13,375 bases of DNA from a virus (lineage: Duplodnaviria; Heunggongvirae; Uroviricota; Caudoviricetes), in the IMG/VR virus record IMGVR_UViG_2563366977_000006; one strand, 5' to 3'. The notes below the pieces were generated by a model. That model saw only the letters and a list, made by a program, of their open reading frames with translations, was not told the origin of the DNA and did not search any database. Position numbers and translations under genes: made by a program. Positions 7,978 to 13,375 of the stretch are shown here, one piece after another. Position 1 is the first letter of the stretch; each line of letters begins with the position of its first letter.

Positions 7978-8011
7978 TACGAAATTTATAAGTTGAAACT
8001 TAAAAGTAGAC

Positions 8012-8340
8012 GGTTGGTAGACAGATACACTTAACCCTCTACCAACCATCTACTAATTAATATTTTGAATTATATAGGTATTTTTAATGTGGTAGAGAGG
8101 TGGACATTTTATTTTATATTTCTAAACCACGGGGGTATCTAAAAATAGATAGTTATGGGTTCATTTTTAAAATTTTTCTTTTAACTATCTACACTGTCTA
8201 CCATTTAGTAAAAATCATTAATTATCAATGTATTAATACGGTAGAGAGTTGGTAGACAGTTTGCAGATTGTTTTTTGTTATGTGTGAACAACATTAAATA
8301 AATCAATCAATTATATCGATAGACAGTTGGTAGACAGTTG
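8012..8340. repeat. putative iteron-type origin of replication: about 7 copies of GGTAGA(C/G)AG in both orientations within an AT-rich region
   Basis: Read directly: GGTTGGTAGACAG 8012-8024; inverted CTCTACCAACC 8037-8047; GGTAGAGAGG 8091-8100; inverted CTGTCTACC 8194-8202; GGTAGAGAGTTGGTAGACAG 8240-8259; ATAGACAGTTGGTAGACAGTTG 8319-8340. Inverted repeat TAGATAGTT (8146-8154) / AACTATCTA (8182-8190) flanks a very AT-rich stretch that could act as an unwinding element. Confidence 0.6.
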
Positions 8341-8345
8341 TAACG

Positions 8346-8888
8346 ATGGGGCAAAGCATGACTAAGCTGACCATTAACAGAAAACCAAAAGGCATTTACG
8401 GCACGCCGCAGAAAACGACGCAGGCGGCGCAAGAGCAGGATAAAACCACATCGGCGCATAAAGTGATGCCCGGTAACCAGAAAGCGCAGCAGAAGCCCAT
8501 AGGGGCGACACCGTGGCGGCATATGACCAAGCGCCAGCGCAAAAACCTCAGGCGCATTAACCGCCTCACTGAGTTGTGGCCTGAATTATTCAGCCGGGAA
8601 GCACCGAAGCCGCTTAAGGTGGGGATATTCGACGACCTGATGCAGGATCTCGCCGTCAGGGGGCTGGCATTCGGGCCAGGGGCATTGCGTGCGACGCTGG
8701 CATCTTATGCGCAGTGTCCGCGCTATTACCGCGCCTTAATGGCTGGTGGGGTACGCTACGACCTGAAATGCCAGCCGTGCGGCGAGGTGACACCACAGGA
8801 ACAACAGGACGCAGAAACGCGGCTGGTTGCGCTGAATGAGAAACGCAAACGTCAGCGTCGGGCAGCAAAGGAGAAAACAGGCGCATGA
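8346..8888 (+). CDS. FinO/ProQ-domain RNA-binding protein with basic N-terminal extension, 180 aa
   Basis: The segment LTELWPELFSREAPKPLKVGIFDDLMQDLA...LRATLASYAQCPRYYRALMAGGVRYDLKCQPCGEVTPQEQQDAETRL parallels the ProQ N-terminal FinO domain (LAERFPHCF...RPLKIGIFQDL...LRSALRLYTSSWRYL...RVDLDGNPCGEL). A second in-frame ATG at 8358 is an alternative start. Confidence 0.75.
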   Translation: MGQSMTKLTINRKPKGIYGTPQKTTQAAQEQDKTTSAHKVMPGNQKAQQKPIGATPWRHMTKRQRKNLRRINRLTELWPELFSREAPKPLKVGIFDDLMQDLAVRGLAFGPGALRATLASYAQCPRYYRALMAGGVRYDLKCQPCGEVTPQEQQDAETRLVALNEKRKRQRRAAKEKTGA

Positions 8889-9172
8889 TTCACGACAGCA
8901 AAGCGGAAGCTCTGGAAGCGCGTGGTCTGTACCGGAGAGCGGCGGCGCGGTGGGCTGAGGTCATCATGCTGGCGAATGATGACAAGGCACGGGAACAGGC
9001 GGCAAAACGTCGCGCGGAATGTATCCACAAGGCAGCACGCCCACCAGCAAGGCAGGATAATTTCGGGGAGATGCGCAAAACCATCAGCCGGGCACATGCC
9101 GGGATGGGATTACATCAGCCCAATGGTGAGGCATTCAGGAAATACCAAAAAAAGAACAATTGTAGTCATTAA
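8885..9172 (+). CDS. PerC-like transcriptional regulator, 95 aa
   Basis: ATG 8885 overlaps the upstream stop (ATGA), with AAGGAG 11 nt upstream. N-terminus MIHDSKAEALEARGLYRRAAARWAEVIM resembles PerC-family proteins as I remember them; not verified by search. Confidence 0.55.
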   Translation: MIHDSKAEALEARGLYRRAAARWAEVIMLANDDKAREQAAKRRAECIHKAARPPARQDNFGEMRKTISRAHAGMGLHQPNGEAFRKYQKKNNCSH

Positions 9173-9306
9173 CAGAGGATGGGATTCTCTTGGTTTTTTG
9201 TTGATGCTTTCTGAGGAAATCTACTACGTTGCTGAGCAGATGAATATTCAATTGCATCTGGGTTCCTGATAAGATTAATCTGAATATTTTCATTTGGAAT
9301 AGGGAT

Positions 9307-10449
9307 ATGAATAAAACTTTAATTGCAACATTAGTCGGTATAGTAATGTTAACCGGATGTGGGCCAGAAGAGTTAACTCCAGAACAGAAACAGGAAGTAG
9401 CGGCTCTTAAAGCTGAACTGTCGCAAACGGAAGGTGAAATATCAGCAGCTAAGGAAGTTGACCAGCAGTTTTCTGGTGGGTTGATAAAAAATCTGACAAC
9501 AGCAAGACTGGAAATATTAGGAACTAATAAAGCGCTTTTGGAACAGCGTATTAATGCTATTGAATCAGGCGCCAAAATTGATGTTGTTGTATCTGGAGTA
9601 AAACCTGATCCTGAGCTTGCGGCTTCAATTAAAACTGAAATTGACAGCTTAGATGCAAAAATCAACGAAGCCAAAGCTGATGCTCGTCAGTATAGTGGTG
9701 GTCTGATAAAGGTACTAAAATTATCTACTGTTGCCACTGAAGAGCAGACCATGGCAATGTTGCAGCAAAAGTACCTCACAGCCAAGTATGGCCTCGCTGA
9801 AGTTAAGCTGGCATCAGTACAAGATAATGACGCAAAAAACAGTACTGAAACGGAAGTAACAGCCAAAAATTCCCAAGAGCAACTTCCTTTACTCCCGCCA
9901 GCGGATGGTCCGTTTGGCTTAGAAGCCGGTCTTACACAGAAAAACATCGAAGATATGATCGGTGCTAAGCTCAAGCCACTACCAGACAGTGTGAATCTGT
10001 ATACTTCTGATAAATTACCGAAGCAAAACGCAGATTTTGAAATGTATGGTTTGTTGATCTCCCCGAAAGCTGGTTTATGTCAAATACGGGCTTTAGGAAA
10101 AAATATTGATACTGATAGCTATGGATTGGCTCTTAAATCCAAGTTTGAAGAATTGAGTAATTCTTTAAGTTCTCTGTATGGAAAGGCTGATACTACAGAC
10201 TTTTTGCTGGCTGGTTCAATTTGGAAAGATCCTCAGGACTGGATGAGGGGGCTAAACAAAAAAGAACGCTTCTTATCTGCCACATGGAAGGGAACAAAAG
10301 AAATACCATTAAAAAACAATATTGATACTATCTCTATTGAGGCCAGAGCGAACAATTCCACTCAGGGATATGTCTATCTGCAGTACTCATTTACAAATGA
10401 CGAAATTTGTCAGGCAGAAATTGAAGGGGCGAAAAAAAGTTCCCTTTAA
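9307..10449 (+). CDS. lipoprotein (380 aa) with internal tandem repeat and C-terminal globular domain; function unknown
   Basis: Signal peptide with lipobox MNKTLIATLVGIVMLTGC (Cys18, Gly at +2). Two repeat units each carrying ...AK-x-D-x-Q-(F/Y)-SGGLIK-x-L... (SGGLIK at nt 9472-9489 and 9694-9711). AT-rich compared with the replication genes. Confidence 0.8.
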   Translation: MNKTLIATLVGIVMLTGCGPEELTPEQKQEVAALKAELSQTEGEISAAKEVDQQFSGGLIKNLTTARLEILGTNKALLEQRINAIESGAKIDVVVSGVKPDPELAASIKTEIDSLDAKINEAKADARQYSGGLIKVLKLSTVATEEQTMAMLQQKYLTAKYGLAEVKLASVQDNDAKNSTETEVTAKNSQEQLPLLPPADGPFGLEAGLTQKNIEDMIGAKLKPLPDSVNLYTSDKLPKQNADFEMYGLLISPKAGLCQIRALGKNIDTDSYGLALKSKFEELSNSLSSLYGKADTTDFLLAGSIWKDPQDWMRGLNKKERFLSATWKGTKEIPLKNNIDTISIEARANNSTQGYVYLQYSFTNDEICQAEIEGAKKSSL

Positions 10450-10461
10450 ACAATCCGTGCA

Positions 10462-10488
10462 AAGCCCCTTAGTAAGGGGCTTTTATAT
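10462..10488 (+). terminator. intrinsic terminator after the lipoprotein gene
   Basis: Perfect 9-bp stem AAGCCCCTT (10462-10470) / AAGGGGCTT (10474-10482) with 3-nt loop, followed by a T-run (TTTTAT), 13 nt after the stop codon. Confidence 0.7.
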
Positions 10489-10513
10489 ATTAATGTTCAA
10501 CGGGGGGGATTAG

Positions 10514-10837
10514 ATGAAAGATAATCTAGAAAAACTAATTGAAAATACTTTAAAAGATATTCTATTAGCTAATGCTGCTCTAACATTCATTTTTGCAATA
10601 CCAATGGCTATTATCAGTAGGCATGGGATGGGCATCACAATCTGGTTTATAACTGTGCTCATTGCACCTGCTCTGTGTGCAGTAGGTGCATGGCTTGTAT
10701 CTCGAACATTCGGCCATGCTGAGGAGTTCTTTCATCGTCGGTGGGCTAAGCGAATTTATGTTTTTTATACTCTTGCGGCTGCCGAGTTTTTGCTTGTGTA
10801 CTCAATCGCGCAAATAATGAAAAATCTGATGAAATAA
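10514..10837 (+). CDS. small integral membrane protein, 107 aa (2-3 predicted TM helices)
   Basis: ATG 10514 with G-rich SD upstream. Hydrophobic stretches AALTFIFAIPMAII, ITIWFITVLIAPALCAVGAWLV and YVFYTLAAAEFLLVYSIAQIM. AT-rich. Confidence 0.6.
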   Translation: MKDNLEKLIENTLKDILLANAALTFIFAIPMAIISRHGMGITIWFITVLIAPALCAVGAWLVSRTFGHAEEFFHRRWAKRIYVFYTLAAAEFLLVYSIAQIMKNLMK

Positions 10838-11026
10838 TTAACAAGTTATTATCATGGGGTTTGTGGCTGTTAACCTGCAGTGAGGCGACAATCGTGTATT
10901 TATAAAAACTTCCCCTTTTCACTCCCCGCTGTTTCTTCTGCTATTTCCTTTATGTTTGCATGCAGCAACATCTGCCATACCTTTGCAGAAAAATCAGAGC
11001 ATTTAGTGCCGAAGGTTGGTTTATTG

Positions 11027-11119
11027 ATGCTTTTTGTTTCATTTATTGCAATTATCGCTGGTATCATTTCAATTTGTGCAATAATTGCAATTATTGTCAT
11101 TCAGAAGGGATCATCATGA
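11027..11119 (+). CDS. possible 30-aa hydrophobic peptide MLFVSFIAIIAGIISICAIIAIIVIQKGSS (single TM)
   Basis: In-frame ATG inside ORF-track ORF 10880..11119, with AAGG about 11 nt upstream. Almost entirely hydrophobic with a polar C-terminus. Its stop overlaps the ATG of the next gene (ATGA). Could equally be non-coding. Confidence 0.3.
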   Translation: MLFVSFIAIIAGIISICAIIAIIVIQKGSS

Positions 11120-11283
11120 AAAATCACGGAGTAAAGCCAGTTTTACTTTCCCGGGGGCAAATCGAAGCCCTGCAACGTATCCAGGCCGAAAGGCGTCAGA
11201 AATCTGTGCTTGGTGTGGCACCGTCGATTCATGTTATTGCCCGGCAACTGATGGATAAGGCACTTAAAGAGGTGAGGCTGTGA
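11116..11283 (+). CDS. hypothetical small protein, 55 aa
   Basis: ATG 11116 with AGGGA 6 nt upstream; in-frame within ORF-track ORF 10960..11283, whose N-terminal part is Cys/Tyr/Asn-rich and implausible. Stop overlaps the GTG start of the next ORF. Confidence 0.5.
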   Translation: MKNHGVKPVLLSRGQIEALQRIQAERRQKSVLGVAPSIHVIARQLMDKALKEVRL

Positions 11284-11552
11284 AATTAAATATCAGAGTG
11301 GATAAACGCCAGCTATGGCAGAAAAAAGAGAACAGCGAGGCATTCAGGGCTTTGCTGGTGGAAAATCTTCGGCACCGGTTCAGTGGAGAGTTGCCTGATG
11401 CACTGGGGAAGAAACTGGAATCCCTGACGGTGGAAATTGGCGATTATGGCTTTGTTGATGTTGAAAGCACGACTGCCAACACAGAAATCGTAAAGCAGGT
11501 CGTCAATGATGTAATGAAAACCACGCTTAGCCAGCCATCCTGGCGCAACTGA
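11280..11552 (+). CDS. hypothetical protein, 90 aa
   Basis: GTG start overlapping the upstream stop (GTGA); followed by a hairpin terminator. Confidence 0.5.
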   Translation: MKLNIRVDKRQLWQKKENSEAFRALLVENLRHRFSGELPDALGKKLESLTVEIGDYGFVDVESTTANTEIVKQVVNDVMKTTLSQPSWRN

Positions 11553-11558
11553 ATCAGT

Positions 11559-11583
11559 AAGGGGCGGTTATTGCCCCTTTCCT
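11559..11583 (+). terminator. probable intrinsic terminator
   Basis: 7-bp stem AAGGGGC (11559-11565) / GCCCCTT (11573-11579) with 7-nt loop, followed by a short T/C-rich tract. The T-run is weak. Confidence 0.45.
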
Positions 11584-11651
11584 CCATACCCACAACGCAT
11601 TCCCTTTTCGCATGAAATTATTTTTTATCGTATATGCATGAGGTGAGCTAC

Positions 11652-12176
11652 ATGTTGATGAGTAAAGCCGAATACGCCAAATACAAAGGCGTAAGCCGCC
11701 AGACAGTTTACGACTGGATCGAGAAAGGCGAAGTGATCATGTCTGGCAAAAAAATTGATGTGGAGGCGACAGAGCAGCGGAACAGCCCACCGGCACAGGG
11801 GAAAGACACCGTTTCTGAAATGTGGCCAGAAAGAACGCTGGAAATGACGTGGGGCGAGTTCTGGAAAGCAGTTAAGGCCAGAGACGGTAAAATCCCTGCG
11901 CCAGTAACGGACGACGACATACAGCAACGTGTGCTGGATGCAGCCGGGGAATTCGGCTGGGAAGTGCAATTTCTTGATGATGGCGGGATTTGGATGGATG
12001 ACGGCGATGCTGAGTTTTATTTCGAGCAATATGATCTCAGGCAGAATGCCGAACTGGTGATTGGTACGCTGCGACGTGAGGTCTGTTATGTGGCTGATGC
12101 TTGTCCTGACGAGCTGGATAACTGGAGCGAAGCCGGACTAAACGCCCTGGCTGCATGGGAAAAAACAGGTCATTAA
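11652..12176 (+). CDS. HTH DNA-binding protein (Nu1/excisionase-like winged-helix N-terminus) with acidic C-terminal domain, about 175 aa
   Basis: ATG 11652 with GAGGTG 6 nt upstream; ORF-track start 11634 and ATG 11658 are alternatives. N-terminus MSKAEYAKYKGVSRQTVYDWIEKGEV has the pattern of small-terminase Nu1-type / excisionase-type HTH. The C-terminus is Asp/Glu-rich. Confidence 0.65.
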   Translation: MLMSKAEYAKYKGVSRQTVYDWIEKGEVIMSGKKIDVEATEQRNSPPAQGKDTVSEMWPERTLEMTWGEFWKAVKARDGKIPAPVTDDDIQQRVLDAAGEFGWEVQFLDDGGIWMDDGDAEFYFEQYDLRQNAELVIGTLRREVCYVADACPDELDNWSEAGLNALAAWEKTGH

Positions 12177-12183
12177 CGGCCGC

Positions 12184-12466
12184 AAAAAGTGTCAAGTTGA
12201 GCAGCTTGCCAGGTTGACACTTTACACTCTGAACACGAAAAAGTGTCAACCTCGCTGTAAGCCCCGCCGTTACTGGCTTTGCGCCATATTTACCACATCA
12301 AAAAGCAGAAAAAATCGCGAAAAGTGTCAAGTTGCCATGCTTAGAAATGCTAAGTTTTGTTAAGGTTTTTCGCGAAAAAGTGTCAAGTGTGTCAACCTGC
12401 GATATTAAGATTTATTAAGGTCTTAAGCCGGAAAGTGTCAACCAGCCCCTAAGATTTCCTAAGGTG
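12184..12466. repeat. interleaved iteron array: 6 direct and 1 inverted copies of AAAGTGTCAA plus 3 copies of TAAG-N-TTT-NN-TAAGGT
   Basis: Read directly. AAAGTGTCAA cores at 12186-12195, 12240-12249, 12321-12330, 12377-12386, 12432-12441; inverted copy at 12214-12223; partial GTGTCAAC at 12390-12397. Second family: TAAGTTTTGTTAAGGT 12351-12366, TAAGATTTATTAAGGT 12406-12421, TAAGATTTCCTAAGGT 12449-12464. Confidence 0.7.
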
Positions 12467-12489
12467 TGATTGAACGTGCTGTAACCTTC

Positions 12490-12518
12490 TTGTCGTAATG
12501 TGGATGAATGACTATAGT
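12490..12518 (+). promoter_or_regulatory. candidate sigma70 promoter for the AT-rich downstream gene (-35 TTGTCG, 17-nt spacer, -10 TATAGT)
   Basis: Hexamers read by eye at 12490-12495 and 12513-12518; about 47 nt upstream of the ATG at 12565. Confidence 0.35.
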
Positions 12519-12564
12519 GCTGGTAACTTTGACCGCAGAATCAGATTACTGAAGGAAGTGTGTG

Positions 12565-13146
12565 ATGAGTTTTTTTAGTCTTTATGGGAAAGAACTATTT
12601 TCTTTTTTTATAGCGATTTTAACATGGATACTGAATAACAGATTTAAAAGCAAGGCAAAGTTATCCTATGGTTATCAGCATGGATTTACTTTTCTTCTCA
12701 ATGAACCCTTACGGAATGCTAATGGTGAGGTAATATCTAATTCACAGTTGGTGTATACACGATCTATTATTCTTGTTAATGAAGGGCGAGAAAGTGCTAC
12801 TAATATATCATTGGTTTTTAACTATAAACCAATGCATATTAATTTTTGGCCTGTCCACCATTTTGAAGAAAATATTGAACAGGATGGTCGCTATATTATC
12901 AAGTTTGAAAACCTTGCACCTAGTGAGTCTATTCAATGTGAAATATTATCAATAAATAGAGAAGTTCCAAGTATTCTATCGATAAGATCTAAAGAGTGTG
13001 TGGCTGAGCCAGTGAATATCGTGATGCAAAAATCGATTAGTAATATTGCCCTACGTTGCTATCAATTATTAATACTTCTTGGAACTGGCACATTAACATA
13101 TTTAATTATCGTTATTCTGCAATGGTTAGTCACTAAAACGGGATAA
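12565..13146 (+). CDS. hypothetical protein, 193 aa, with N- and C-terminal transmembrane helices flanking a ~140-aa central domain; very AT-rich
   Basis: ATG 12565 with GAAGGAAG upstream; the ORF track starts one codon earlier at GTG 12562. N-terminal TM LFSFFIAILTWIL; C-terminal TM LLILLGTGTLTYLIIVILQWLV. Hand count of 12601-12660 gives about 28% G+C. Confidence 0.7.
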   Translation: MSFFSLYGKELFSFFIAILTWILNNRFKSKAKLSYGYQHGFTFLLNEPLRNANGEVISNSQLVYTRSIILVNEGRESATNISLVFNYKPMHINFWPVHHFEENIEQDGRYIIKFENLAPSESIQCEILSINREVPSILSIRSKECVAEPVNIVMQKSISNIALRCYQLLILLGTGTLTYLIIVILQWLVTKTG

Positions 13147-13195
13147 TCCATTGTGTTGAACTTATTAATTGGATATGAGTGCTGATAGGAAACCT

Positions 13196-13375
13196 ATGAC
13201 CATCACCGAAGCCGATATGCTGGAGATGATCCGCAGCATTGCCGGAATCAAACAACCAGCAAGCAAAATTAACAGGTGTTCAGCGCCTGTTTCCGTTGTG
13301 CTGCAACAGGAACGCCACCAGCAGGATGATGTAAGGCCGTATCAGTGGAAGAAACCGGACAGGCCGCGACGGTGA
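13196..13375 (+). CDS. possible small ORF (59 aa) at window edge, unknown function
   Basis: ATG 13196 with AGGA 7 nt upstream; ORF-track version starts at 13169. G+C returns to about 53% (hand count 13201-13260). No motif recognised; could be a chance ORF. Confidence 0.3.
   Translation: MTITEADMLEMIRSIAGIKQPASKINRCSAPVSVVLQQERHQQDDVRPYQWKKPDRPRR

Noticed and set aside
8307-9674. Alternative-frame ORFs over the FinO/PerC region and lipoprotein start (8307..8522, 8656..8886, 8852..9097, 8890..9084, 8922..9269, 9135..9674)
   Set aside because: They overlap the FinO-domain and PerC-like genes, whose translations carry recognisable motifs; their own translations are Arg/Pro/Cys-rich.
9687-10513. 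ORFs 9687..9974 (minus) and 10322..10513 (plus)
   Set aside because: Both lie inside or overlap the lipoprotein gene in other frames; the second would read through the intrinsic terminator.
10880-11283. Full-length ORF-track proteins 10880..11119 (79 aa) and 10960..11283 (107 aa)
   Set aside because: Their N-terminal portions are Cys/Asn/Tyr-rich and unlike real proteins. Only the downstream in-frame starts (11027 and 11116), which have SD sequences, are retained, and 11027 only tentatively.
11625-12249. Minus-strand ORFs 11625..12029, 11708..11920 and 12037..12249
   Set aside because: They are antisense to the HTH gene or lie within the repeat array, with implausible composition.
12184-12466. 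CRISPR array interpretation of the repeat region
   Set aside because: Repeat units are only 10-16 bp, irregularly spaced, of two interleaved families, and include an inverted copy. There are no 28-37 bp repeats with unique spacers.
12773-12955. Internal plus-strand ORF 12773..12955
   Set aside because: Alternative frame inside the 12565..13146 gene; its low-complexity Leu/Ile-rich translation is produced by the AT-rich sequence.
1-13375. tRNA gene, cohesive-end (cos) sites or insertion sequences within the window
   Set aside because: Scanning by eye I did not see tRNA T-arm signatures, the lambda-type or P2/P4-type cos sequences I remember, or transposase-like ORFs with terminal inverted repeats. 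This is a limited visual check, not an exhaustive search.

Overview
This window looks like the integrase-proximal ~13 kb of an enterobacterial P4-like / PICI-like integrative satellite element. From the left it carries a P4-family tyrosine integrase, an AlpA-family regulator, an antirepressor-like gene, and a leftward ribbon-helix-helix regulator facing a repeat-rich divergent control region. A rightward operon of six translationally coupled small genes ends in a 601-aa primase/helicase-type replication protein, followed by an AT-rich iteron origin and a FinO/ProQ-domain protein coupled to a PerC-like regulator. The right half is compositionally distinct AT-rich cargo: a repeat-containing lipoprotein, small membrane proteins, an HTH protein followed by an interleaved iteron array, and a very AT-rich two-transmembrane protein. 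These cargo genes match no family I recognise and are the best candidates for an undescribed function, possibly anti-phage or exclusion. No rRNA, tRNA, CRISPR array or transposase was recognised. All product names come from motif recognition by eye, not database searches, and coordinates of CDS include the stop codon.
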